A model generated the notes under the pieces. That model saw only the letters and a list, made by a program, of their open reading frames with translations. It searched no databases and was not told the origin of the DNA. Of a stretch of DNA of 64,000 bases, positions 28,037-37,545 are shown in pieces. Source of the stretch: Syntrophales bacterium (lineage in GTDB: Bacteria > Desulfobacterota > Syntrophia > Syntrophales > UBA4778); contig CAXXQE010000001.1 in NCBI GenBank assembly GCA_963665615.2, positions 201,151 to 265,150 of the forward strand, written 5' to 3'. Numbering within the stretch: position 1 is the first letter of the stretch; every line of letters begins with the position of its first letter. The translations under genes were made by a program, and so were the position numbers.

Positions 28037-29929
28037 CTATACAAACATCATTTCCATTTCGCAGATGCCGGCGATAATCCGTTTCTCGATTTTGAACCCC
28101 CCCTTCTTGAAAACATGGAGCATGGGTTCATTCTGTGCCAGCACGTCCGCCGTAAAGCCCCTGAGGCCAGCGCGTTTAGCCAAATAGGTCAGGTAGGACA
28201 GCAGCTCGTAGCCGATGCCCTGTCCCTGGTAGTCGTCTCTTACGGCAAAGGCCACCTCGGCGATTTGCCGCTCCGGATCGATATAGTAACGTCCGATTCC
28301 GATGATCGTTTCCTGCTTTTCATCTCCGATAACCGCTGCGACGGCCATCTCCCTGGAGTAGTCGATGACGATCAACTGCTGAATTCGCTCATGGGGCATA
28401 TCTTGTCTTTTTGAAATGAATCTCCGGTAAAGACTGAGGTCGGACAAATTGTGCAAGAATTCACGGTAAAGTGATTCATCGGTAATCTTCAGGGGACGGA
28501 CCAGGAATTCGAGACCCGACTTTGCCTTGCGGTACGTTTCCAGTTCCTCGGGATAAATTCCCCCCTCTCCTGGAACAATAACCTGTTCGGAGTAGACCAA
28601 ACCGGCCTTTTTGGCCTCGTCGACCAGCCAGGGCCTGAACTTCGGATGGGCAATGTTGATGAGCGCCAAGGCCCGTTCACGTATGTTTCTTCCGTGCAAA
28701 TAGGCAATGCCGTATTCAGTGACAACATAGTGTACATCGCCACGCACGAGGGTTGTGCCGGAGCCCGGCGTAAGGTGCGGTACGATCCTGGAGACAGTCT
28801 CCCCATTGGCCGTGGATCGGAGGGCGAGAATCGCCTTACCGCCTGGGGCAAGAATCGCGCCTCGCATGAAATCGGCCTGTCCGCCAACGCCACTGTAAAG
28901 CATGCGGCCAAGGGATTCCGCAGTAGACTGGCCCGTCAGATCGACTTCCAGGGCACTGTTGATGGCTGTCATGCGGTGATGCTGCGCAATGATGAGGGGG
29001 TTGTTCGTATAATCGATCGAGCGCAAATGGATAAAGGGATTGTCGTCGATGAACTTGTAGGTTTCCTCCGTTCCCATGCAGAACGTGGCGACCGTCTTGT
29101 TTCGATTAAGCGTCTTTTGGGTATTGTCGATGACGCCTTGCTTCATTAGGTCCACAACACCGTCGCTGATGAGCTCGGAATGAACGCCGAGATGTTTTTT
29201 GCCCGCCAGATTGGCGAGAATGGCGTTGGGGATAGAACCGTATCCCACCTGAATGGTATCGCCGTCTTCGACGAGTCTCGCAACATATTTCCCGAGCTGG
29301 CGAACGATGGCATCGTCCTCCTGAGGACAATACTCGAGGAGTTTTTCGTCGTGCAGGATAACGAAATCTATATCCCGGATGTTGATAAAACCGTCACCAT
29401 GCACCCGTGGCATGTTATTATTGACTTGCGCCACCACGATGCTGGCTTTCTCGACGGCAGCTTTTGCAATATCAACACTGAGGCCGAGACTCATATTGCC
29501 GTGTTTATCCGGAGGCGAGGTCTGAATCAGGGCCGTATCGACGCGGGCAACCCCTCTGTAAAAGAGTCCAGGAACCTGAGATAAAAAGATAGGGGTGTAA
29601 TCGGCGAGTCCCGTGTTAACCGCTTTGCGGACACTGTCTCCGACGAAAAAAGAGTTGTGGCGGAAATTCTGCTTGAATTTCTCTGTCGCATAGGGTGCAA
29701 TACCGAGGCTTCGTATGCTCAGAACCTGAGCGTCGAAAAAAGCCTTGGGATTGGACTGAACGTATCGGATCATGGCCGATACGAGGTACTGAGGCTCCGC
29801 GCAGGCTGAGCCGATGAAGATAGTGTCACCCCGATGAATATTGCTAAAGATAGTTTCTTCGGAGACGAATTTGTCCGGGTATTGGTCTTTCCAAGTTTCT
29901 ATAGGAATCACGACTTGCTCCAGGGTCAA
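28037..29929 (-). CDS. Acetyl-CoA hydrolase/transferase family domain fused to a C-terminal GNAT acetyltransferase
   Basis: 630 aa with an apparent TTG start. The N-terminal ~430 aa are CoA-transferase-like (..GSIPNAILANL.., ..SGVGGQADFMRGA..). The C-terminus is GNAT-like (VRDDYQGQGIGYELLSYL). Confidence 0.8.
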   Translation of the reverse strand: MTLEQVVIPIETWKDQYPDKFVSEETIFSNIHRGDTIFIGSACAEPQYLVSAMIRYVQSNPKAFFDAQVLSIRSLGIAPYATEKFKQNFRHNSFFVGDSVRKAVNTGLADYTPIFLSQVPGLFYRGVARVDTALIQTSPPDKHGNMSLGLSVDIAKAAVEKASIVVAQVNNNMPRVHGDGFINIRDIDFVILHDEKLLEYCPQEDDAIVRQLGKYVARLVEDGDTIQVGYGSIPNAILANLAGKKHLGVHSELISDGVVDLMKQGVIDNTQKTLNRNKTVATFCMGTEETYKFIDDNPFIHLRSIDYTNNPLIIAQHHRMTAINSALEVDLTGQSTAESLGRMLYSGVGGQADFMRGAILAPGGKAILALRSTANGETVSRIVPHLTPGSGTTLVRGDVHYVVTEYGIAYLHGRNIRERALALINIAHPKFRPWLVDEAKKAGLVYSEQVIVPGEGGIYPEELETYRKAKSGLEFLVRPLKITDESLYREFLHNLSDLSLYRRFISKRQDMPHERIQQLIVIDYSREMAVAAVIGDEKQETIIGIGRYYIDPERQIAEVAFAVRDDYQGQGIGYELLSYLTYLAKRAGLRGFTADVLAQNEPMLHVFKKGGFKIEKRIIAGICEMEMMFV

Positions 29930-30150
29930 AAGTTCAAAAGATAATGCCCCGTTCCTTGCTTTGGGAAGGGGATAGCAGCCAGCCGCTTATCGTTTTCAGT
30001 AAAGCGTGATTGCAAGGTTTAAGGTCGCCCGCCGCATGGACGATCTTCCAATAAGATTAAGTATAACAGATCAATCACTATATTTCATGACCAATTTCGA
30101 TATTGATACGCCATATTGATAGCTTTTTCAAGAGCGATACAAGGGATTGT

Positions 30151-30783
30151 ATGAAGATCACATCAGCCCAGTTTATCAAGAGCGCGACGGCGCTGGCCCA
30201 CTATCCGGCGGAGGAACTGCCAGAAGTTGCTTTTGCGGGGAAATCCAATGTGGGAAAATCTTCCCTGATTAACGGTCTACTCAATCGCCGGAAACTTGCG
30301 CAGACCAGTTCGACGCCGGGCCGGACCCGGTTGATTAATTTTTTTGCGGTAAATGATAAGCTCTCCTTTGTGGATCTTCCCGGATACGGTTACGCGCGCG
30401 TGCCGGAGGACATGAAGCGCCAGTGGGGGAATATGATCGAAACATACCTGCTGAATCGCACGACGCTCCGTTTGGTCATCGTGATTCTCGATGTTCGCAG
30501 AGATCTTTCGGGAGAAGATCTGGCCTTGTTGGAGTGGCTTCAATTTCACGGCATACCGCATTGTACGGTTCTAACCAAGATCGACAAGGTTTCGAAAAAC
30601 GATTTGGTGAAACGAAAAAGAAATATCCGAAAACGCCTGGGGTTGGATGCGTCTGTGCCGGTTCTCGCCTTTTCGGCATTAACCGGGGAAGGGAAGGATG
30701 AGATCTGGCAGACCATTCTACAGCGGGCCATCCCCAGACAGACGGGCAAGAAAGAGACGGCCCCTCTTCCCATTGTGCCTTAG
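30151..30783 (+). CDS. engB: Ribosome-biogenesis GTPase EngB/YsxC/YihA
   Basis: MKITSAQFIKSA.., G1 motif GKSNVGKSSLIN, G3 motif DLPGYG and G4 motif TKIDK. Confidence 0.9.
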   Translation: MKITSAQFIKSATALAHYPAEELPEVAFAGKSNVGKSSLINGLLNRRKLAQTSSTPGRTRLINFFAVNDKLSFVDLPGYGYARVPEDMKRQWGNMIETYLLNRTTLRLVIVILDVRRDLSGEDLALLEWLQFHGIPHCTVLTKIDKVSKNDLVKRKRNIRKRLGLDASVPVLAFSALTGEGKDEIWQTILQRAIPRQTGKKETAPLPIVP

Positions 30784-30847
30784 ATTTTACGACGTTCACG
30801 TATCGATTATCGATGCGCCCGAAGCTTTGATCTGCGCAGGCACTGTT

Positions 30848-30965
30848 GAATCCGGCAGCGAGCGCATTCCCCGCTACCTGCTGCGGGCTAAGCGAGCGAA
30901 TCATGTCTAAACATCTTCCTTAAGAAGCTGAAACTTGCCGGAGCTTGAGCCAGAGAGTTTTCGAT
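30848..30965 (+). repeat. 118-bp dispersed repeat, copy E (more diverged)
   Basis: Blocks: GAATCCGGCAGCGAGCGCA, hairpin CCCGC-N8-GCGGG, TAAGCGAGCG and ..GCCGGAGCTTGAGCC... It lies between the convergent engB and 30965 genes. Confidence 0.75.
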
Positions 30966-31426
30966 TATGGCTGAAGCCCATTAAATGTGCGGCTCATCAG
31001 ATCGCTTCGCAACGATTCGGGACGAACCCAGCCGACCGTCCAATCATACAAATCACCTTCCATGGTTCCTGGAAGGATCGGTTGGTAAGCGGAATCGTAA
31101 GGCGGAATACGGTTACCGAATTGATCGACGGCGTAGATGACCTTGAAGACCTTCTTGGAAAACTTTATTTCATAGAGGAGCCGGTGGGTGATGTTGTCCG
31201 GCGTATCCAGTTTCGTCCAGACCTGAATGACATCCTTGTCCTGTCGTTCAAAGGTGAAGAGCCCCAGATCGTATACTTTCATGTTAGGGAATTGGATGCT
31301 CTCTCTGTCATAATAGACTTGGGTCGTATGTTTCGGTAGCGGGATCCAGAATTCTGCGTCCGAAATGCCCATCCATGTCAGGCAAACCAGACAGAGCAAC
31401 GCTGGGCCGATCAGAATATTTTTCAT
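30965..31426 (-). CDS. Hypothetical secreted protein
   Basis: 153 aa with a signal-like N-terminus MKNILIGPALLCLVCLTWMGISDA. No recognisable motif. Confidence 0.55.
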   Translation of the reverse strand: MKNILIGPALLCLVCLTWMGISDAEFWIPLPKHTTQVYYDRESIQFPNMKVYDLGLFTFERQDKDVIQVWTKLDTPDNITHRLLYEIKFSKKVFKVIYAVDQFGNRIPPYDSAYQPILPGTMEGDLYDWTVGWVRPESLRSDLMSRTFNGLQP

Positions 31427-31686
31427 AGTAACCTCGCAGATAACCGTTTTCCATATTCTGAATCAAGTAACGTGCCATGATACGCCAGCTGGAAAAAAAT
31501 TATTAATTCCGCTGTCGTATTAATATGTTATGAATTTATTTTTAAGTTCTTAGCATAGTGGGGGTGCTTCTTCCGAAAGGCATTTTTTGCCCGGCAAGGC
31601 AGGCAGTGCATGATGTGGTGAATAAGACTCTCACAGATACAGGACGTTGGGATGTGTCGTCCCATCCGTGGGTATTTTCAGGATGG

Positions 31687-31953
31687 CTATCTGGCGTGGT
31701 GCTGGTAATGTTTTGGAAGTTCGACGTTATTGGTATCCATCGTATTCAGTATCTCGATGGCCTTGATATCTCCCTTGAACATCTTGACCTTCTTCTCGCA
31801 CTCCTGAATGGCCGCTTTGTATTTGAATCGCAAATCGACATTCAAAAATGGGTTTTGAAGCGATTCACTCATTTTATGGATCAGGAGGTTCATCTTATCG
31901 ATTTCCGTTCTTAATTTATCGATAGTTTCGTTCTGGTTTTTATTGTTGGTCAC
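31687..31953 (-). CDS. Hypothetical small protein (charged, probably coiled-coil)
   Basis: 88-aa ORF in an AT-rich segment. No recognisable motif. Confidence 0.35.
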   Translation of the reverse strand: MTNNKNQNETIDKLRTEIDKMNLLIHKMSESLQNPFLNVDLRFKYKAAIQECEKKVKMFKGDIKAIEILNTMDTNNVELPKHYQHHAR

Positions 31954-32148
31954 TTGTCCTCTCCATGACAGCGAAATATAGGCGGATGTCGGGTTATTGT
32001 GTGTTTGGGACGAGGCGACCTTTTAATTATCTGTGGTCTGCCGTGACCATGATTTATTTGGGTACGGTATTTTAATTTTCCCAAGGAGCTTGCGGCACGC
32101 GTCTAGAGAGATGCAAACCGGTTAAACGGTCTATCGAGATGTTAGACG

Positions 32149-32334
32149 CTATACCGGTTGGTCCAGCAGACCGAATTCGCGACGCAGGCGATCTACTTCC
32201 ATTGCGGGTATTTTAAGGTGCTTTCCGATTTTATAAGACTTTACGGTACCCTTTTTAGCCCAACGGTAGATCGTGACCCGGTTGATGCCGAACAATCTGG
32301 CTACTTCGGAAGTTGAATAATATGTTTTTGACAT
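32149..32334 (-). CDS. Excisionase/MerR-type helix-turn-helix DNA-binding protein
   Basis: 61 aa. YSTSEVARLFGINRVTIYRWAKKG is typical of the HTH_17 excisionase family. Confidence 0.7.
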   Translation of the reverse strand: MSKTYYSTSEVARLFGINRVTIYRWAKKGTVKSYKIGKHLKIPAMEVDRLRREFGLLDQPV

Positions 32335-32581
32335 GTTGTCCCCTTGTTGAAATCCTAATGAAACTGCCGCAACAAGTTAAGCCGATGTAACAGTTACCAT
32401 CCATATCGGCAGGGGACTGTTAAAACTTGAGAAAAAATAAGGGAGTGTCTCTGACAGAAAGGAGCGTGCTGAAGTGCAGAACTTGGCTGAGCCTTTTCAA
32501 AATATTCTTGACTTCAAAATGACTTTTTTGAAAGATGCCAGCCATGCTTTTACTAAAATCACTCCGAGGGGGAGACATTGC

Positions 32582-33073
32582 ATGAAGGTTCTGGTGACAT
32601 ATTTTTCGAAAACGGGGAATACTGAGAAGGTTGCAAAAGCCATTTATGATGCGGTGGCGACAAACCGGGAGTTGTTGCCTCTCGGAAAGGTCGACAATAT
32701 ATCCGATTGCAGTGTCATTTTTATCGGGTTTCCGGTCCATGCGCATAGTGTTCCGGCGGAGGTCGAAGCTTTTCTTAAGAAGCTGCCCGCCGGGCAGCGA
32801 GTTGCATTTTTTTCAACTCACGGATCGCTGCGTGGTGGGCAGTTGCCCAAGCAGGCATTGGAGCATGCAGTGAGCCTTAATCCGGCGGTTCAAGTATTGG
32901 GAGCCTTCGGATGTCGTGGGAAGGTCAGCGCGCATATTATCGAAGGGCTTATGGCCAGGCCTGAGCATCAGAGTTGGGCTGAGGAGGCCCGGACAGCCGA
33001 TGCGCACCCCGACGCAAATGATCTGGCGGATGCGGCTGCATTTGTCGATGAGATACTAAAAAAGACTGCCTGA
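32582..33073 (+). CDS. Flavodoxin-family protein
   Basis: ATG 32582 follows GAGGGGGAG. MKVLVTYFSKTGNTEKVAKAI is the flavodoxin FMN-phosphate loop. Confidence 0.8.
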   Translation: MKVLVTYFSKTGNTEKVAKAIYDAVATNRELLPLGKVDNISDCSVIFIGFPVHAHSVPAEVEAFLKKLPAGQRVAFFSTHGSLRGGQLPKQALEHAVSLNPAVQVLGAFGCRGKVSAHIIEGLMARPEHQSWAEEARTADAHPDANDLADAAAFVDEILKKTA

Positions 33074-33097
33074 AGAGTTTTGCTGTAGTAGCCTGCA

Positions 33098-33137
33098 ACA
33101 AAGGGAAAGGGCCGCATTCGCGGCCCTTTCCCTTTGT
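33098..33137. terminator. Bidirectional terminator hairpin
   Basis: Perfect 18-bp stem ACAAAGGGAAAGGGCCGC / GCGGCCCTTTCCCTTTGT with loop ATTC. It lies between the convergent flavodoxin and atpB genes. Confidence 0.7.
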
Positions 33138-33166
33138 TCTATGAGGGGTATTAAAGCGGTATTAAT

Positions 33167-33823
33167 TTAATGCGCTCCCTCCATGGCGCCGGCAATGTAC
33201 ATCATCGCCAGCAGCATGAAGACCAATGTCTGAATAAGAGAGGTGAAGATCATCAAAATGAAAACAGGCAGTGGTACGAGCAGCGGAACGAGGGCCAGCA
33301 CGACGCCGAGGACAATGTCCTCGCCGGCGATATTTCCGAAAAGCCGCATCGTTAGAGAAACAGGTCTTGACAGATGGCTGACGATCTCAATGGGGAGCAT
33401 CAGCGGGATCAGCCACCACACCGGTCCCAGGAACTGTTTGATATATTTAAACCCGTGGATTCTGATTCCGACGATATGTGTCATCATGAAGACCGTGACG
33501 GCCATGGATGCCGTGGTGTTTAGATTGTTGGTCGGTGAATCAAAGCCGGGGATGATGCCAATGAGGTTTGACGTTAGAATAAAGAGCCCCAGCGTGGCGA
33601 TCAGGGGGAAGAATTTCTTCCCGTGCGGTCCCATGGTATCCAATAATAGACTGTTGATGGCGTTTAGGACGACCTCCATGACGTTTTGGAATTTATTGGG
33701 GTAAATCGTGAGTTTTCTCGTGGCAAGGAAGGCCAGCAGCGCAAGAAGGCCGATAATCACCCAAGTATAGGTAACGTGAGGAGCAATATGGGGAATATTA
33801 AAAAATAAAAAAGGATGCGGCAT
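33167..33823 (-). CDS. atpB: F0F1 ATP synthase subunit a
   Basis: 218 aa, polytopic. The conserved [18 protein letters not shown] motif contains the essential Arg. Confidence 0.9.
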   Translation of the reverse strand: MPHPFLFFNIPHIAPHVTYTWVIIGLLALLAFLATRKLTIYPNKFQNVMEVVLNAINSLLLDTMGPHGKKFFPLIATLGLFILTSNLIGIIPGFDSPTNNLNTTASMAVTVFMMTHIVGIRIHGFKYIKQFLGPVWWLIPLMLPIEIVSHLSRPVSLTMRLFGNIAGEDIVLGVVLALVPLLVPLPVFILMIFTSLIQTLVFMLLAMMYIAGAMEGAH

Positions 33824-33824
33824 T

Positions 33825-34226
33825 TCAATGGACCTCCTTAGGGATCGGAATCAAGTTTTTTTTTGAGACCTCTAAAATCGTCGTGAGAATAATGTTCAAG
33901 ACAACGACTGAAAGACCTGCAATCAAGCCGAAAACGCTCATGGAGGTCCGGGTAATCAGGAGATATAGGATCAGTCCTGTTGCGGCGAACCGGATATAGT
34001 ATCGGACCATCAGAAAGGTCTTTGTCCGATCCGAGACGTTTTGAAAGGCCTTCCGCAGACTGTGGTTAAGCAGATAAAAGTTGGCGATGCTGATAAGGCC
34101 GCCACTAAGAAAACCGAGGGTAAAGGACAACGAAAAGAACAGGCTTCCCAGTCCCAGGACGGTCAGGATGAGCCAGTTTCGGATCTCAAGTTTTTTTTGG
34201 AACGGATCTCTTTTTATGCGGTTCAT
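33825..34226 (-). CDS. atpI: ATP synthase protein I-like membrane protein
   Basis: 133 aa with four hydrophobic segments. It lies immediately upstream of atpB. Confidence 0.55.
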   Translation of the reverse strand: MNRIKRDPFQKKLEIRNWLILTVLGLGSLFFSLSFTLGFLSGGLISIANFYLLNHSLRKAFQNVSDRTKTFLMVRYYIRFAATGLILYLLITRTSMSVFGLIAGLSVVVLNIILTTILEVSKKNLIPIPKEVH

Positions 34227-34473
34227 TGTTTACGTATCTTTCGGGTTCAATGTTGTCCGGAAAGCTTCGTTTAATCAGGGTATAGATGTTTCTGAGACCG
34301 GCGCTAACCCCGATGATGAGGAATGTGAGGGTCAGCTTGTACCCTGTATTGAATTTCCGGTCCAGATAGGAACCCAGCAGGAGACTTCCGAAAATGGCAA
34401 TCACCATCGCAAAGCCGACGCTGCTTGCCAAGCCTAACTGCAGCAAGAAGTTTTTATTCTCTTCATCGTTCAT
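34186..34473 (-). CDS. AtpZ-like small membrane protein
   Basis: 95 aa with two hydrophobic helices (LGLASSVGFAMVIAIFGSLLLGSYLD..). It occupies the first position of the atp F0 gene string. Confidence 0.5.
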   Translation of the reverse strand: MNDEENKNFLLQLGLASSVGFAMVIAIFGSLLLGSYLDRKFNTGYKLTLTFLIIGVSAGLRNIYTLIKRSFPDNIEPERYVNNEPHKKRSVPKKT

Positions 34474-34566
34474 AGGCGTTGGACTTTTAACACGAATTTT
34501 CGAGCCAAGTCAATAAAAAAGCCCGGGATGGCTTACGGGGATGTGCCTGCTAATTATTTAATATCG

Positions 34567-35854
34567 CTAAGATTGCAGAGAGCGGCACACCCTTCGGCAC
34601 GTCTCGACCGTCGTCTCCAGGTCGGCGTCCGAATGGGCACAGGACAGGAAGGCCGCTTCGAACTGTGAGGGAGGCAGGTTAATGCCGCCTTCCAACATCT
34701 TTTGGAAATAAATGGCGTAACGTTTTGTGTCGCTTTTTAGTGCCGTTTCAAAATTATAGACGTCATCCGCTGTGAAAAAAAAGGTAAACATCGACCCTTG
34801 GCGGTTCAGATGGACGGGGATCCCGGCGGATTGAAAGCAGGTTGAGATGTTGCGGCAAAGCGAGTCAGTTTTCTCTGAGAGGGTTTCGTAGAGGCCTTTC
34901 TGCTGCAAGGTGCGAAGCGTAGTGATTCCCGCCGCCATTGCCAGCGGATTTCCCGATAGGGTGCCAGCCTGATAGACAGGGCCGTTCGGGGCGAGCATGT
35001 CCATGATATCCCGTCTTCCACCGAAGGCGCCGACGGGAAGGCCTCCTCCGATGATTTTTCCCAGACAGGTTAAATCCGGTCGGATTCCGAACAGGGTCTG
35101 GTAGCCACCGTAGCAGAGCCTGAACCCTGTGATGACTTCATCGAATATCAGGAGGGCGCCGGTTTCATGGGTCAACTGCCGGAGTGCCTCCAGGAAACCC
35201 GGTTGTGGGGGCACGACGCCCATGTTACCGGCGAGAGGTTCGATGATGATGCAGGCAATGTCAGAACCGTGTTCCCGGAAGAGCATACGGACGGCGTCGA
35301 TGTCATTGTAAGGTGCCGTCAGGGTCAGGGCGGCCAGTTCCGGCGGCACGCCGGGGGTGGCCGGCAGACCGAGCGTTGCCAGTCCGGAGCCGGCCTTGCT
35401 GAGTAGCGAGTCTGCATGGCCGTGGTAGCAGCCTTCGAACTTGACCAGCTTCTTCCTGCCGGTGAAGCCGCGTGCCAGACGGATCGCGCTCATGACCGCT
35501 TCCGTTCCCGAACTGACCATGCGAACCATCTCCATTGAAGGAAGGGCCGACGTGATGAGTTCAGCCATCTCGATTTCAGCAGCTGTGGGAGCGCCATAAC
35601 TGGTTCCACGGGCCGCAGCCGCTGCGATTGCATCGACGACGTCGGGGGTGGGCGTGGCCGAGAATCATCGGTCCCCACGAGCCGATATAGTCGATATATT
35701 CCCGTCCTTCCACGTCCACAATTCTGGAACCGGCCGCGCTGGCGATAAAGCGGGGTGTTCCCCCGACCGCTTTGAAAGCGCGGACCGGGCTATTGACGCC
35801 TCCAGGAATGAGTTGCGCTGCTTTGGTGAAAAGATCGATAGACGTGTTGCTCAT
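34567..35854 (-). pseudogene. hemL: Glutamate-1-semialdehyde 2,1-aminomutase with a single-base frameshift (probably an artefact)
   Basis: ORF 35576..35854 encodes the N-terminus (..[22 protein letters not shown]). ORF 34567..35568 encodes the remainder. The frames join if one G is removed from the G5 run at 35644-35648, giving [24 protein letters not shown] and a 428-aa product. Confidence 0.9.
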
Positions 35855-35894
35855 AAGGCCTCCTGTACGCGTCAGGCTGGACGGTTGTCGGACT

Positions 35895-36353
35895 TCAGAA
35901 ATATTGCATGCTGACCTTTTTTAGTTCTCTTTTCGATTGCAGGACGAGAAAGTCCTCGACACCGGCTGCGGCTGCCATTTCTGCAAGGAGAGCCTTCTGA
36001 TCGGCATTGCGAAAGTGAACCATCGTGAAGAGGTTGTATCGCCCCAGAAAGGCGGGTGTTCGTTCGTAGCAGTGTGTAACTTCTCTAAAGGCGGCGAGCG
36101 ACCGCCCCGCTTTGTTAACGGCTTCTGTAGGAACGGACCAGACCACCATGGCGTTCAGGGTATAACCGGCCAGTTGATGCCGGAGTATGGCGCCGAATCT
36201 CCGAATCATACCGGACCGAATCAAGTCGCGGAGCGTCGTGATAATGGACCATTCGTCCGAGCCGACTTGCTGGGCCAGGCCCTGAAAAGGTCGTGAGGTG
36301 AGGGGGAAATCTCCCTGGAGCGCCTTGCCTAATTCTCTCGTAAGTTGTGTCAT
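35895..36353 (-). CDS. Lrp/AsnC-like siroheme decarboxylase subunit (AhbA/AhbB, NirDL family)-like protein
   Basis: 152 aa. Motifs: [21 protein letters not shown] and [18 protein letters not shown], typical of alternative-heme-pathway Ahb proteins. It is adjacent to hemL. Confidence 0.65.
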   Translation of the reverse strand: MTQLTRELGKALQGDFPLTSRPFQGLAQQVGSDEWSIITTLRDLIRSGMIRRFGAILRHQLAGYTLNAMVVWSVPTEAVNKAGRSLAAFREVTHCYERTPAFLGRYNLFTMVHFRNADQKALLAEMAAAAGVEDFLVLQSKRELKKVSMQYF

Positions 36354-36544
36354 TTCGGTAAGCCTGCGGACGGAGATCGCTCATGTCATACGCGTTGCGC
36401 AAACCTATAACACAGTCATTTTGACCTTGACAATTCATTTCACTGTCGATAAGAAAAACTCAAGCTGTTTAGCGCAGCCAGCCGCTTAAGGGGTACCGGT
36501 GGTTCCTGGACAGCGGAGAAAAAACTAATCAGAAAGGAGAGAAC

Positions 36545-36907
36545 ATGAAAAGAGCAGCTACATTTTTTGCAGGGTTATTGATTTCCTTCTGTACGGCCCC
36601 CTTGGCGATGGCCGCGGAGGCGGCGGTATCCGGTTCTGTCGATTATACCAAAGCGATCGTTATTGGATGCAGCCTTATCGCAGTTGGTATCGTTATGGGT
36701 CTGGGTACAATCGGAACAGGTCTCGGCATGGGGCAGGCTACCAGTGGAAGCACGAATGCCGTGGGAAGAAATCCGGATGCACAGGGTAAAGTGATGTTGA
36801 CCATGATGGTTGGTTTGGCCATGACCGAATCCATCGCCATTTATGCGCTGGTTATTTCGCTGGTCATGTTGTATGCCAATCCCCTGCTGAAACTTATTGC
36901 AGGTTAA
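36545..36907 (+). CDS. atpE: F0F1 ATP synthase subunit c with an N-terminal extension
   Basis: 120 aa. The core is GLGTIGTGLGMGQ...GRNPDAQG...GLAMTESIAIYALVISL. About 35 extra N-terminal residues form a signal-like segment FFAGLLISFCTAPLAMAAEA. Confidence 0.85.
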   Translation: MKRAATFFAGLLISFCTAPLAMAAEAAVSGSVDYTKAIVIGCSLIAVGIVMGLGTIGTGLGMGQATSGSTNAVGRNPDAQGKVMLTMMVGLAMTESIAIYALVISLVMLYANPLLKLIAG

Positions 36908-36925
36908 GACAATCTGGCATTATTT

Positions 36926-36973
36926 AAAGGGAGTGGAAGCGAATAAAAAATGAGACTTTCACTCCCTTTTTTT
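36926..36973 (+). terminator. Putative terminator after atpE
   Basis: Stem AAAGGGAGTG / CACTCCCTTT with a 24-nt loop, followed by a T-run. Confidence 0.45.
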
Positions 36974-36974
36974 A

Positions 36975-37397
36975 TCAAGATTCGGGCTGGATTGGAATTT
37001 TTACCCGCCGCTCTTTCTTTTCCGCCTGGGCGTGTTTCAATTCTAAGACTTTTTCTTTCGCCCGCTTGGAACGCTGACGTTTCTGCCGCCTGAGCTTCTC
37101 GATTCGCATCTGCTCCGCGCTCAACTTCCCCAGTTTGATCGCCTCAATTTTTTCCACCAGGATTTGCCGCGCGAGGAACCGGTTGAGCGCCTGGGAACGG
37201 GCCTTCTGCGCCTTGACTTGGATGCCGGTCGGCAGGTGGACCAGCTGCACGCAGGTGGAGGTCTTGTTGACCTTCTGACCGCCGGGCCCGGACGAGCGGA
37301 CAAAGGTTTCTTCAAGATCGCGTTCGTAGATGTCGAGCGCTTCCATTTTGGCCTTTAGGGCCTGCTCCTTTTCCGGTGATACAGTGAAGATGCTCAT
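36975..37397 (-). CDS. RF-1-domain peptidyl-tRNA hydrolase, ArfB-like ribosome rescue factor
   Basis: 140 aa. GGQ motif (SSGPGGQKVNKTSTCV) plus a long basic C-terminal tail (KLRRQKRQRSKRAKEK..). Confidence 0.75.
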   Translation of the reverse strand: MSIFTVSPEKEQALKAKMEALDIYERDLEETFVRSSGPGGQKVNKTSTCVQLVHLPTGIQVKAQKARSQALNRFLARQILVEKIEAIKLGKLSAEQMRIEKLRRQKRQRSKRAKEKVLELKHAQAEKKERRVKIPIQPES

Positions 37398-37427
37398 GGC
37401 TTAATGTGTTGTGTGTTCCGGTTCGGC

Positions 37428-37545
37428 ATTGAAGACTCACCGGAACAATCTCCAGAGACTCTCCGATTCCCAGGGAAGATGTTTAGTCCTGATTCGCTCG
37501 CTTACCCCGCGGCAAGCCACGGGCAATGCGCTCGCTGAAGAATTC
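37428..37545 (-). repeat. 118-bp dispersed repeat, copy B (inverted)
   Basis: Its reverse complement aligns end to end with the copies at 41140 and 42963. It lies 30 nt upstream of the minus-strand start codon at 37397, so its orientation relative to the downstream gene matches copies A, C and D. Confidence 0.85.

Noticed and set aside
30935-31339. Plus-strand 134-aa ORF overlapping the minus-strand gene 30965..31426.
   Set aside because: It starts inside repeat copy E and has no signal sequence or motif. The minus-strand frame has a clear signal peptide and a start context, so I kept that one, although it remains hypothetical.
36545-36907. Calling the ATP synthase c subunit Na+-specific.
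   Set aside because: Glu, Ser and Tyr of the helix-2 motif are present. In an ungapped alignment to the Ilyobacter tartaricus c subunit recalled from memory, however, the helix-1 Gln position is occupied by Met, with Gln two residues away. Ion specificity cannot be decided from the sequence alone.
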